A stretch of 64,000 nt of DNA from Nannocystis bainbridge. GTDB lineage: Bacteria; Myxococcota_A; Polyangia; Nannocystales; Nannocystaceae. The DNA lies in contig NZ_JAQNDL010000001.1 of NCBI RefSeq assembly GCF_028368995.1, positions 3,136,001-3,200,000 on the forward strand. Reading direction: 5' to 3'. Below are positions 18,994 to 28,231 of the stretch, piece after piece (the first letter of the stretch is position 1; each line of letters begins with the position of its first letter). The notes under the pieces are model-generated. The model ran no database searches. It was given only the letters and a program-made list of their open reading frames with translations, and was not told where the DNA came from. The position numbers and the translations under genes are program-made.

Positions 18994-19066
18994 TGGAGGC
19001 GAGGGGGATCGAACCCCTGACCTTCGCGCTGCCAGCGCGACGCTCTCCCAGCTGAGCTACGCCCCC
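18994..19066 (-). tRNA. tRNA-Ala(GGC)
   Basis: GGGGGCGTAGCTCAGCTGGGAGAGCGTCGCGCTGGCAGCGCGAAGGTCAGGGGTTCGATCCCCCTCGCCTCCA; G3:U70 pair; anticodon GGC; CCA not encoded (followed by CCC). Confidence 0.97.
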
Positions 19067-19326
19067 AGGTCGTTTGGTGGGCGGAGTGTCTAACAGCGAA
19101 GCCCCCGGCTCGTCAAGCCCCTTCGCGTGAGCGCACTCCCATGGCGGCGGCACCGACAGGTTGCGACAGGCCCCTGGCAGAGAGTACACCGCTTCAATCC
19201 GCTCCCGGCGGACCTTTTTCCTCGCTCTTCTTCTCGCTTTCCCTGCCCTCCGCCGAGCCTCGGCCCGGGCACCTGGCAACACTCACGGGCCTACCGCCGG
19301 CCTCTCCGACCGGGCGAACCACCGCG

Positions 19327-20025
19327 ATGGATCTCAAGGAACTCTTCGAACAGGGCGGGCCCCTGATGTGGGCCATCTTGGTCGCCTCGATCGTGGGCGT
19401 CGGCATCTTCTTCGAGCGGCTGTGGTCGACCCAGCGGTCCAAGGTGCTGCCCCGGGCCTTCGTCGACCGCATCCGCGCCCTCGTCGCCAAGGGCAAGGTC
19501 AACGAGGCGCTGCTGCTGTGCGAGGAGAACGCCTCGTCGATCGCCCTCGTGATCGCCTCCGCGCTCCGCGCGTTCGAGCACAGCACCACCCGCGCCGACA
19601 TCAAGGAGGCCGTCGAGGAGGTGGGCGCCCGCGAGATCGCCCACATGGACCGCAACGTCGAGATCGTCGGCACCGTCGCCACCATCTCGCCGCTGCTCGG
19701 CCTCCTCGGCACCGTCGTCGGCATGATCCAGGTGTTCCGCAACTTCGTCGAGGCCTACGCCTCCGGCGCGGTCGGCCCTGACACCTTCGCCCAGGGCATC
19801 TGGCAGGCCCTCATCACCACCGCCTACGGCCTCACCGTGGCGATCCCGATGCTGCTCCTCTACCGCGTGCTGCTCGACCGCACCAACAAGCTGGTGCTCG
19901 AGATGGAGGAGGACGCGATGGCGATCGTCAACCTGCTCGAGGACGGTCGGCGCGCCGCCAAGGCCCGCCCTGCCGCCGCGCAGGTGGCCGAGCCCCGGCC
20001 CGCGCCCGCCGAGGTGACCCCGTGA
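19327..20025 (+). CDS. exbB: MotA/TolQ/ExbB proton channel family protein
   Basis: GGPLMW, SPLLGLLGTVVGMI and GIWQALITTAYGLTVAIP motifs. Confidence 0.9.
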   Translation: MDLKELFEQGGPLMWAILVASIVGVGIFFERLWSTQRSKVLPRAFVDRIRALVAKGKVNEALLLCEENASSIALVIASALRAFEHSTTRADIKEAVEEVGAREIAHMDRNVEIVGTVATISPLLGLLGTVVGMIQVFRNFVEAYASGAVGPDTFAQGIWQALITTAYGLTVAIPMLLLYRVLLDRTNKLVLEMEEDAMAIVNLLEDGRRAAKARPAAAQVAEPRPAPAEVTP

Positions 20026-20438
20026 ACTTCCGCGGCAAGGCCGGTCGCAAGCGCCCCGGCAGCGGCGGCAACCTGGTCGACCTGACGCCGCTCATCGACG
20101 TCACCTTCCAGCTGCTCATCTTCTTCCTGCTGACCGCGACCTTCAACACCGACAGCGCCTTCAAGGTCAAGCTGCCCAAGGCCTCGAGCAACGAGCCCGC
20201 CAGCGAGGCCAAGGCCATGGTGGTCGAGATCAGCGAGGACGGCCGGTTCGAGGTCGACCGCGTCGTCGTCGACGACCGCGAGCTGCAGATGCGCCTGTGC
20301 AACGCCGCCAAGGACAACAAGGTGTCGACGGTCAACATCAAGGCCGACCAGAACACCCGCCACGAGAAGGTCGTGCAGGCGATGGACGTGGCCAAGCTGT
20401 GCGGCATCGAGAAGCTCGGCATCCTCCACCGCCACTGA
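20022..20438 (+). CDS. exbD: ExbD/TolR family protein
   Basis: DLTPLIDVTFQLLIFFLL and IKAD...VVQAMD motifs; GTGA overlap with exbB. Confidence 0.9.
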   Translation: MNFRGKAGRKRPGSGGNLVDLTPLIDVTFQLLIFFLLTATFNTDSAFKVKLPKASSNEPASEAKAMVVEISEDGRFEVDRVVVDDRELQMRLCNAAKDNKVSTVNIKADQNTRHEKVVQAMDVAKLCGIEKLGILHRH

Positions 20439-20440
20439 GC

Positions 20441-20580
20441 CTTCGGGACATGTCCTCCGGGACATACTAACCCGACAGGCATGGCCCGGGATGTTTGACC
20501 CGACAGACATGTCCCTCGGGACAGCCTGAGCCTAACAGACATGTCCCTCGGGATAGCCTGAGCCCGACGGACCTGTCCTC
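20441..20580. repeat. About 32-bp tandem repeat, each unit carrying the 14-bp palindrome
   Basis: gacatgtccctcgggacagcctgagcctaaca-like units at about 20447, 20478, 20506, 20538 and 20570. Confidence 0.8.
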
Positions 20581-20775
20581 GCGGCCATCTCGCCTTCGGC
20601 GCAGCCCGCATGTCGGCCGCGCCCGCGGACGGCCCGCGCCATCGTCGCGTCCGCTCGACCTGCCCTGTGACGGCTGTCCGTCACTGCACGGGTGCGCAGC
20701 ATCGCGCGCTCGCGCGGGCGCTCTCGCCGATTTTTTGCCCCGATCGATCACCCCGGCCAAGGTCGGCCCGCTCCC

Positions 20776-21075
20776 ATGCAATGGGTCAACCGGATCTTGC
20801 TCGCCGCGCTGCTCGCGTTCGCGATCGCCTACCTGCCGCAGCACGTCGCCACCGGCGGCAGCGCCGAGGACCTCGCGCGCGTGGAGAAGGAGCACGCCTC
20901 GCTGCGCCGCGGCAACGAGCGGCTGCAGGGCGACATCGAGGCCCTGCGCGCCGAGATCGCCGCGCTCAAGCGCGACCCGGAAGAGGTCGCGCGGATCGCC
21001 CGCGAGGACCTCAACCTGATCCGGCCCGGTGAAGTGGTGTTCGAGATCCGCCGCGACGACAAGACCAAGCCATGA
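20776..21075 (+). CDS. ftsB: Septum formation initiator, FtsB/DivIC family
   Basis: N-terminal TM, coiled coil, and DPEEVARIAREDLNLIRPGEVVF. Confidence 0.85.
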   Translation: MQWVNRILLAALLAFAIAYLPQHVATGGSAEDLARVEKEHASLRRGNERLQGDIEALRAEIAALKRDPEEVARIAREDLNLIRPGEVVFEIRRDDKTKP

Positions 21076-23219
21076 CCACGCTCGCCCGCACCCTCCACGG
21101 CCTCCGCCTCCGCGCCCGCGAGCGCTGGAGCCTCCTCGTCCTGCTCGCCACCTGGCTGGTGCTGGCCGTGGGCGTCGCCACGCCGACCGCCTTCGACGAG
21201 GGCAGCCCGGCCCTGGCCGCCTCGCTGACGGTGTTCGCCGCCACCCTCGTGCGCGCGCTGGTCCGCGAGCTGCGGCCCAACGCCGCCACCTACTCGCAGA
21301 CCCACGAGCTCGAGCTCGGCCTGCTGATCATCACCGGCACCTACCTCCTGATCGCCGTCACCGGCGGCCTCGCCAGCCCGGCCCACCCGCTGGTCTACGC
21401 CCTCGCCTCGTTCCTGCTGCTGCTCCACCGCGCGCGCTGGATCGCCGGCGTGTGGCTGGCCTCGATCGCCCTGCTCGAGATCCTCGTCGGCTGGTCTTCG
21501 GGACATGCTCAAGGGGCCAGGATCGCCTTCCACCTCAGCTACATCGCCTTCTTCGCCGCCGGCAACCTGCTGATCCTCGGCGCGCTGGTCCGGCGCCTGC
21601 GGGGTGAGCACGCCCAGCGGCTCGCCGACGAGCTGTCGAACATCCGCCAGGAGGCCCGCGATTTCCGCCTGGTCGCCGCCGCGACCCCGCGCAAGAGCCG
21701 GGACGCCGAGGAGGCGCAGCTGACCCAGTCGGCCGTGCACGCGATCCACGAGCAGGTCGCGTTCAGCCTCGAGCTCATCCGCGGCGACCTCGAGCTGCAC
21801 ACCTGCGCGCTGGTGTGGATGTCCGAGGAGGAGCTCGTGCTCAAGCGGGCCGCCTCGGCCTCCAAGGCGCTGGTCGCCGCGCCCGAGCTGGCCAACCCGG
21901 GCGTGCTCGCGGGGCTGCTGCGCAACCCGAAGACGCTCGTCCTCAAGAACATGTCGGAGAAGCACCTGCCGCCGTACTACGGCGCCCCGGTCGCAGTCAC
22001 CGACCTGTGCGCCGTGCCGCTGGTCCGCGGCGAGCGGCTGCTCGGGATCCTGTGCGCCGACCGCATCGACGGCAAGCCGTTCACCAGCGCCGATCAGGAC
22101 AAGCTGACCTCCGCGGCGCAGCACGTGCTGCGCACCGTCGACCACGAGCGGGCCTTCATCACCGCCATGCGCAGCCGCTACGAGCACGAGCAGCTGTACC
22201 GCGCCAGCGAGCTGCTGAGCGGCGCGCTCGGGCTCGAGGCGCTGTACGGCAAGAGCTTCGAGGCGATCCGCGCCATCGCCCCCTACGACCTCGCCGCGAT
22301 CTCGACCTACGACGAGCACGCCGAGGCCCACCGCGTGCTCGCCGTCGACGTCCCCGGCGACCGCGACCCGACCCACGGCGGCAGCTGGCGCAGCATCGCC
22401 GAGTCGCTGCGCGACCGCGTGTTCGAGCACGGCTCCGGCCTGGTCGCCATGGCGACCAAGAACCGCCACTTCATGCCGGCCGCCGACGAGCGCGTCGAGC
22501 CCGACACCGTCGTGTTCGACGTCCACACCCGCCTGCGCCCGGCCCAGAGCGTGCTGGTCCTGCCGCTGCTCCACGGCGACAAGGTCCTCGGCACCCTCAC
22601 CCTCGCCGCCGTGCGCGAGCGGCAGTTCCCGCGGGCCACCCGCGAGATCCTCCGCGTCCTCTCGCACCAGCTCAGCGTCGGCCTGCAGAACGCGCGCATG
22701 TACCGGGCCATGGAGGAGCGCGCCACCACCGACGGCCTCACCGGCCTCACCAACCACCGCGCCTTCCAGGAGCGCCTGGCCCAGATCCACGCCCTGGCCG
22801 AACGGACAGGTCGCAACTTCTCCCTGATCCTCACCGACATCGACCACTTCAAGCGGGTCAACGACACCTACGGCCACCCGATCGGCGACGCCGTGCTGAA
22901 GCGCGTCGCCGCGGTGTTCGCCGGCCGCGCGCGCAAGGTCGACATCGTCGCCCGCTACGGCGGCGAGGAGTTCGTGCTGGTCCTGCCCGACACCGACGCC
23001 GAGGGCGCTGCCATCTTCGCCAACAAGCTGCGCGAGGAGGTCGCCGCCCAGACCATGACCAGCGACCAGGGCCCGTTCGCCGTCACGGTCTCCATGGGCG
23101 TCGCTCAGTACCCGATCGACGGCCACGCCACCGCCGAGCTCATCGAGCGCGCCGACCAGGCGCTCTACCACTGCAAGCACAACGGCCGGAACTGCGTCAC
23201 CCGGGCCGGCTCGCTGTGA
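21072..23219 (+). CDS. Membrane-bound GAF-GAF-GGDEF diguanylate cyclase (DmxA-like)
   Basis: About 6 N-terminal TM segments; two GAF-like regions; TDGLTGL, DIDHFKRVND, RKVD I-site and ARYGGEEF; ATGA overlap with ftsB. Confidence 0.9.
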   Translation: MTTLARTLHGLRLRARERWSLLVLLATWLVLAVGVATPTAFDEGSPALAASLTVFAATLVRALVRELRPNAATYSQTHELELGLLIITGTYLLIAVTGGLASPAHPLVYALASFLLLLHRARWIAGVWLASIALLEILVGWSSGHAQGARIAFHLSYIAFFAAGNLLILGALVRRLRGEHAQRLADELSNIRQEARDFRLVAAATPRKSRDAEEAQLTQSAVHAIHEQVAFSLELIRGDLELHTCALVWMSEEELVLKRAASASKALVAAPELANPGVLAGLLRNPKTLVLKNMSEKHLPPYYGAPVAVTDLCAVPLVRGERLLGILCADRIDGKPFTSADQDKLTSAAQHVLRTVDHERAFITAMRSRYEHEQLYRASELLSGALGLEALYGKSFEAIRAIAPYDLAAISTYDEHAEAHRVLAVDVPGDRDPTHGGSWRSIAESLRDRVFEHGSGLVAMATKNRHFMPAADERVEPDTVVFDVHTRLRPAQSVLVLPLLHGDKVLGTLTLAAVRERQFPRATREILRVLSHQLSVGLQNARMYRAMEERATTDGLTGLTNHRAFQERLAQIHALAERTGRNFSLILTDIDHFKRVNDTYGHPIGDAVLKRVAAVFAGRARKVDIVARYGGEEFVLVLPDTDAEGAAIFANKLREEVAAQTMTSDQGPFAVTVSMGVAQYPIDGHATAELIERADQALYHCKHNGRNCVTRAGSL

Positions 23220-23266
23220 GCGCCGGCGCGCCCGGCCATCCGCCACCGATCTGCCATACTGATCCC

Positions 23267-23683
23267 ATGCGATTCACCTGGCTCGTCCCCCTCCTCCTGG
23301 TGTTCGCCCCGGCCTGCACCGAGCAGCACAACTACAGCGAAGGCGAGATCTGCGTCGACGCCCCCGCGCTCGCCTCGTTCGCCGCCGGCGACGAGCTCGA
23401 GATCGTGGTCGTGCTCGACGACTGCATGGCCTGCCCCAAGGACTTCAACGCCAACTGCGAGGTCGACCGCCAGGGCAGCACGATCAACCTCCACGCCGGC
23501 GGCGTCTACACCCAGCGCAGCGGCCCCTGCGACACCTGCCTGACCCTTTCCATCGCCTGCGTCGTCGGCGGCCTCGAGCCCGGCAACTACACCATCCGCA
23601 GCGGCGACCAGAAGCTCGAGGTCAGTCTCCCGCAGGCCGACGCCCCCAGCCTCGACGCGACCTGCGACGCCGTGAAGTGGTGA
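23267..23683 (+). CDS. Hypothetical Cys-containing lipoprotein
   Basis: MRFTWLVPLLLVFAPAC signal/lipobox; strong GC3 bias. Confidence 0.75.
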   Translation: MRFTWLVPLLLVFAPACTEQHNYSEGEICVDAPALASFAAGDELEIVVVLDDCMACPKDFNANCEVDRQGSTINLHAGGVYTQRSGPCDTCLTLSIACVVGGLEPGNYTIRSGDQKLEVSLPQADAPSLDATCDAVKW

Positions 23684-23917
23684 GCCGCGGCGCGACCGGT
23701 TCTCCTGTCCTTCGGGCCAGGTTATCTGAAGCGCGCGACTCGACGGGGCGAGACGAGACACCTGCTGGAGGTGACGAGTTCGCGCGGAGTGATGCTCGCG
23801 CGGGTCACGGGCGGGTTCCAGTTCCGCACGTCTCGATGCCGCGCGTGGAGCAGACCTGCGCGGGGCAGGCCCTGACGGGGAGCGTCTCGCGGATCCCTGG
23901 TCGGCGCGTCCCCAGCC

Positions 23918-24826
23918 TCACCGCAGCGTGATGCGCACCGGGCAGTGGTCGGACACCGTGGGCAGCTTCGCCGGCTCCGCCGTCTGGACCGCGCACCCCA
24001 GCGCCGCGCACATGCCCAGGACCTCGGGTGTCCCGAAGGACAGGTCCTTCCCGCCGAGGAAATGATCGAGCAGGCTCGCCTCCCAGCGCCGCACCTTCGA
24101 CTTCGGCCGCCAGTACTCCGTGCAGCCGAGCACTCCGGTCGGCAGCTGCAGCCCCTCGCGCTCGACCATGCCGTCGATGAAGCGCCGCTCCTCGTCCTCC
24201 GCCTCGAGGTAGCCCGTCGTGTTGAAGTCGCCCGCGACCACGACCTCGCCGCCGAACTCCTCGCGCAGCCGCGGCAGGATCGACGACAGCCACTGCCACT
24301 GCTGCTTGCGCCGGGCCCACCGCTCCGGCTTGCCGCCCGAATCGAAGTGCACCGACACCAGCGCCAGCGTCCGCCCCCTGGCCGTGCGCAGCGAGGTCAG
24401 CGACGCCGGCGCCTGTCCCAGAGGACATTTTTCGCCCTCGCTGAGCGGCCGGTGCTCCTTCAGCTCGAGCCGCGCCGCGTCGTACACCACCCCGACGTGC
24501 AGCCGCCCCTTGCTGTTGCCGCGGCACGACGCCGTCAACGCCGCCCCGTAGCGCCGCCCCGTCAGCGCGTTCGCCCGGTCCAGCACCGCAAACAGCCGCG
24601 CGGGCTCGCGGATCTCCTGCACCGCGAACGCGTCCGCGTTCAGCTCGGCGATCGCCGCCGCGACCTCCTCCGGATCGGTCTTCTTGTCCGGGAACGTCCG
24701 GATATTAAAAGTCCCGAGCACCAGCGGCGCCTCGCGGCGGTACCACAACAGCAGCAGCGCGATCGCCACCAGCAGCGCCCACGGCCACACCCGGCGACGA
24801 CGGCGACGACGACGGCGCTCCTGCAT
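23918..24826 (-). CDS. Endonuclease/exonuclease/phosphatase family protein, membrane anchored
   Basis: GTFNI, AVQEI, VAGDFN, LDH and SDHCPV motifs; poly-Arg plus TM N-terminus. Confidence 0.85.
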   Translation of the reverse strand: MQERRRRRRRRRVWPWALLVAIALLLLWYRREAPLVLGTFNIRTFPDKKTDPEEVAAAIAELNADAFAVQEIREPARLFAVLDRANALTGRRYGAALTASCRGNSKGRLHVGVVYDAARLELKEHRPLSEGEKCPLGQAPASLTSLRTARGRTLALVSVHFDSGGKPERWARRKQQWQWLSSILPRLREEFGGEVVVAGDFNTTGYLEAEDEERRFIDGMVEREGLQLPTGVLGCTEYWRPKSKVRRWEASLLDHFLGGKDLSFGTPEVLGMCAALGCAVQTAEPAKLPTVSDHCPVRITLR

Positions 24827-24883
24827 CTCGGCATCGACGGTAGACGCCGCCGCGGGCGCCCACAAGACGGCGAGATCGCGCCC

Positions 24884-25966
24884 TCAGCCGTCGCGGGGCT
24901 CGCGGAGCAGGCGCATGCGGACGTGCTGGTGTTGCCGCCGCTTGTACTCGGCGTGCGAGCTCTCGCCCTGCTCGTTGGCCTCGGCGGTGCGCTTGTCCAT
25001 CACCTGGAACTCCGCGAGCACGAACACCACCCGGCCGCGGCGTTCGTCGTGGTCGTGGGGCAGCAGCGCGTCGACGCGGACCGGCAGGTCGGCGACGAAG
25101 TTGAGCACGTGGAAGCCCTTGCCCGAGAACTCGTTGCCCGGCTGCGGGTGGTTGGCCGCGTCGGTGTCGAACGTCGTGTCGCCGAGGACCTTGAGGCTGT
25201 GGAGGTCGATCAGCGTGTTGACCGTCTGGTCGGGCACCACGTAGTTGAACGGGATACAGCGGTGCAGCATGATCCGCAGCGTCGGCACCAGGTCGTCGGG
25301 GTCGCGGACGATCAGGCGGAAGCGCAGGCGGTCGAACACGCGCGCCGCATTGGTCTCGCGCTTCAGCAGCAGCTTGGTCAGCTGCGACTCCTTCGACTTG
25401 CGCGACCACGAGAACTCGACCACCGGCACCCCGGCGGTGCGCAGCTCGTCGAACATGCGGGTCACGCTCTCCTCGACCAGCGAGAAGATCTCCGAGTCGG
25501 AGATCGCCAGCGACGCCCGCATCTCCCGCGCCTCGAGGTGATACAGGATGTGCATCACCTTGAGCACGGTGCAGGCCTGGCGCTGGTGGGCGCCGGCCTT
25601 GCCGGAGGCGATCCGCGGCAGCTGCACCCACGGCACCTTGTCGGCGATCGTGTCGTCGAGGCGCAGCTTGAGCACGTCGCTGATGTAGCGGACGGCCTGT
25701 TGGCGCAGATCGGCCAGGCGGGCCTCGTCGCGGGGGTCGCTGAGCTCGAGCCCGTTGAGCGCGAGCAGGCGGACCACGTCCTCGTCGGAGGTCACCGCCA
25801 GGCGGTGCCAGTCGATGACCGACTGCCCGCGCAGCAGCAGCTGGATCTCGTTGATGTCCTGCAGCGACAGCTCGGCGTGCTCGCCGCCCTGCGCGGCCTC
25901 GCGCCACAGCGCTTGCGAGGCCAAAAAGGCGCCGAACGGATCGGAGCGCTGCGGAGGCCTGGCCAT
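24884..25966 (-). CDS. TIGR04552-like protein (myxobacterial, RelA/SpoT-like nucleotidyltransferase fold)
   Basis: LLLRGQSVIDW, KSKESQLTKLL, FDRLRFR, NEFSG, EFQVMD and HAEYKRRQ motifs. Confidence 0.75.
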   Translation of the reverse strand: MARPPQRSDPFGAFLASQALWREAAQGGEHAELSLQDINEIQLLLRGQSVIDWHRLAVTSDEDVVRLLALNGLELSDPRDEARLADLRQQAVRYISDVLKLRLDDTIADKVPWVQLPRIASGKAGAHQRQACTVLKVMHILYHLEAREMRASLAISDSEIFSLVEESVTRMFDELRTAGVPVVEFSWSRKSKESQLTKLLLKRETNAARVFDRLRFRLIVRDPDDLVPTLRIMLHRCIPFNYVVPDQTVNTLIDLHSLKVLGDTTFDTDAANHPQPGNEFSGKGFHVLNFVADLPVRVDALLPHDHDERRGRVVFVLAEFQVMDKRTAEANEQGESSHAEYKRRQHQHVRMRLLREPRDG

Positions 25967-25982
25967 TCGCGCGGCAGCCCGG

Positions 25983-26075
25983 CTAGCCGCTTACGTGCCG
26001 TGAGAAGCGGAGGGTACCGACGAGCAGACCGATCGTGACGAGGGCGGCACAGATGTTTCCGAGGTAAGCGGTCAT
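25983..26075 (-). CDS. Putative 30-aa hydrophobic small protein MTAYLGNICAALVTIGLLVGTLRFSRHVSG
   Basis: Translated by hand; GGAG about 11 nt upstream of ATG; one TM-length hydrophobic stretch; stop 16 nt before the next gene. Confidence 0.5.
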   Translation of the reverse strand: MTAYLGNICAALVTIGLLVGTLRFSRHVSG

Positions 26076-26479
26076 GAACCTTGTTGCTCCAGTCCTTGCA
26101 ATCGTGTGCTCAGGACTTATCACGGAATCGGGCGAGGTCGGAAAAAGTGGGAGATGTAGGACAATCTCGGCGAGGACTCAGACCAAGGTTCAGTTCAAGG
26201 AGATCGGGGCGAGGGAGCCGTAAATCAAGCAGGAGCAGCGGGATTTCAGGCCTGTAATCCGGGTCGCGGGCGCGATCCTGGAGCCTGAAGGCGCCAGGCC
26301 CCCGTCTTCTGGGGCCAGAACGCCGGATGGCAGATAACACATTCCTGTGGCCGTTGGAAAGTCCCACAGCCGCGCAAAACGCGCAAGAACGCTGGCGCGG
26401 CCCGCGAAGGCCGTTTCGGCACACGCAGGCGCACTCGGCACGGATGGCCAGGCGCGCGCGGGAGCGCTACTGTGACGCC

Positions 26480-26962
26480 ATGCGCGACCCCGAGGACGAC
26501 GATGTGCCCCCCCGCGACGACCGCCTCGGGTTCACCTCGAGCAACTTCCGGCGCAAGCTCGGCGAAGGCCTCGCCGGCCTGCTCGACCCCGACGGCGCGA
26601 TCGGCAAGGGCAAAGACCTCGTGACCGGGGTGACCCAGGCGACCAAAAACGAGGTCGTACGGATGGTCAGCGCCGAGGTCCGCCAGTTCCTCGACGGCAT
26701 GGACACCGTCGAGTTGTTGCAGCGAGTCATCGCCGGCCTGGTGATCGACGTGAAGGCCGAGATCCGGTTCTCGATCGATCCCGAGGGCCAGCTGAAGTCG
26801 GCGATCAAGGCCGAAAAGGCGACCCAGCGGGCCAAGGAGCCGTCGGCCCCGCAGGCGTCGCAGCCGCCTCAGCCGTCGCAGCCCTCGCCGCCCTCCCCAG
26901 GGGCCGGCGCCGCGACGACACCACCACCGGCGCCGCCGAGCTCCCGGGCCCCCAAGGAGTGA
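26480..26962 (+). CDS. Hypothetical protein with Pro-rich tail
   Basis: GC3-biased frame; TACTGT 6 nt before ATG. Confidence 0.7.
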   Translation: MRDPEDDDVPPRDDRLGFTSSNFRRKLGEGLAGLLDPDGAIGKGKDLVTGVTQATKNEVVRMVSAEVRQFLDGMDTVELLQRVIAGLVIDVKAEIRFSIDPEGQLKSAIKAEKATQRAKEPSAPQASQPPQPSQPSPPSPGAGAATTPPPAPPSSRAPKE

Positions 26963-26965
26963 GCC

Positions 26966-27112
26966 TCAGCTCTGCGTCGACGGGTCGACCGGCACGACCT
27001 TGTTGTCGCCGTCGTCGTCGGGCAGCCCGAGCTTCTTCTTGACCGCCTTGTAGATGTCGGCCCCGAGCTTGAGCCCAAAGCCGGTGATGATGGCATTGAC
27101 GAGGAGTCGCAT
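26966..27112 (-). CDS. 48-aa small protein MRLLVNAIITGFGLKLGADIYKAVKKKLGLPDDDGDNKVVPVDPSTQS
   Basis: Translated by hand; nearly all codons end in G/C; TACGCT 7 nt before ATG. Confidence 0.7.
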   Translation of the reverse strand: MRLLVNAIITGFGLKLGADIYKAVKKKLGLPDDDGDNKVVPVDPSTQS

Positions 27113-27207
27113 GGCCGGCAGCGTAGCAGCTAGGACCCGGTCGACCTGACGCGGGTCCCTGCATCATCACTCCAGGCGCTCCAGGCGCCTCGCCCGGAGC
27201 GCGGGCC

Positions 27208-28158
27208 TCAGGCGGGGATCACGCAGACCCCGACATCCTCATAGTTGGGCGGTGCCATGCCCATCTCGAAGAACGGCGTGCACTCCTCGCCCGTCTGGCA
27301 CGGCCCGTTGCCGCCGCTGACCGGGCAGAACGGAGTGCAGCAGCCGGTCGACATCGGCGGGCAATTGGCGACCGCGGCCGTGGCCGCGCAGAAGCCGCCC
27401 TTCTGACATTGATTGATGTACTGGCACTCGTCGCCCGGCCCGCCCTCGCCGGCCATCGCCGACTCCTTGAAGCACACGAACAGGTCGCCGGCCGAGTTGT
27501 AACAGCCCTGTCCTTCGGGACAGTCCTGCACGAGCGGGTCGCACGAGCCGAGGCAGATCGGCAGCGAGCCGTCGTTGTAGACCACGCAGTTGGCCGTCGG
27601 CGTGTCGGGGCAATTGTCGTTGGCGTCGCAGAACTCGACGCACACCCCGCCCTTGCCCTCCTCGTCGGTCAGCAGGCAGATGTTGCCGAGCGCGCAATTG
27701 TCGACGCCGGTGTACTTGCCGTCCACGACGTCGCACGGGTCGCCGACCACGCCCTCGCCGCCGATCTCGACGCAGGTGTTGACGCCCCACGGCTCGCCCT
27801 CGGCCGGCGCGACCGCCGTGCACTTCTGTCCTTCGGGACAGTCCTGCGCCCGCGGGTCGCACTGGCCGCTGATCCCGCCGTCGGGCGGGACGATGAAGCC
27901 CGCGCTGGTGCCGGTCCCGGCCTCGGAGGTGCTGGTCGGATTCGTCGGCCCACCGCTGGCGCTGGTGCCGCTGTCGGTCCCGTCCGTGGTCGAGGTCGCT
28001 CCGGGCTCCGTCGTCTCCGGATCCTCGCCGTCGTCCTGGTCGTCGGGATTGCTGGTCGGGCCAGACGCGCTCGTCGCGGTCATCATCCCGGACTTGTCGC
28101 CACACGCGCCCAAAGCGACCACGGCGGCGGATACGAACCAGAGTTGAAGCGATCTCAT
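27208..28158 (-). CDS. Cys-rich secreted lipoprotein of Nannocystaceae type
   Basis: LGAC lipobox; Thr/Ser linker; CDPxxQDCPEGQ twice; GCCTPFC; GGAGG RBS. Confidence 0.85.
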   Translation of the reverse strand: MRSLQLWFVSAAVVALGACGDKSGMMTATSASGPTSNPDDQDDGEDPETTEPGATSTTDGTDSGTSASGGPTNPTSTSEAGTGTSAGFIVPPDGGISGQCDPRAQDCPEGQKCTAVAPAEGEPWGVNTCVEIGGEGVVGDPCDVVDGKYTGVDNCALGNICLLTDEEGKGGVCVEFCDANDNCPDTPTANCVVYNDGSLPICLGSCDPLVQDCPEGQGCYNSAGDLFVCFKESAMAGEGGPGDECQYINQCQKGGFCAATAAVANCPPMSTGCCTPFCPVSGGNGPCQTGEECTPFFEMGMAPPNYEDVGVCVIPA

Positions 28159-28231
28159 GAGCGGGCCTCCAGTCGGGCACGCTATCACAGAAAGCAGCAA
28201 AAGCTCGAAACCTCCCGGGAGGATCGGAGGT

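Noticed and set aside
18940-19066. tRNA-Ala as an integration site
   Set aside because: No integrase, no duplicated tRNA 3' end seen and no GC shift; the flanks are housekeeping genes.
17693-19282. Long N-terminal extension of fabH in the ORF track
   Set aside because: The extension runs through the tRNA gene, and FabH homology begins at about 18694.
20441-20580. About 32-bp repeats as a CRISPR array
   Set aside because: Units are directly tandem with no unique spacers, and there are no cas genes in the window.
26180-26330. 6S RNA-like CCTTGAAC segment in the low-GC intergenic region
   Set aside because: Only a short resemblance. I could not find the long closing stem by eye, and the usual zapA/ygfA context is absent.
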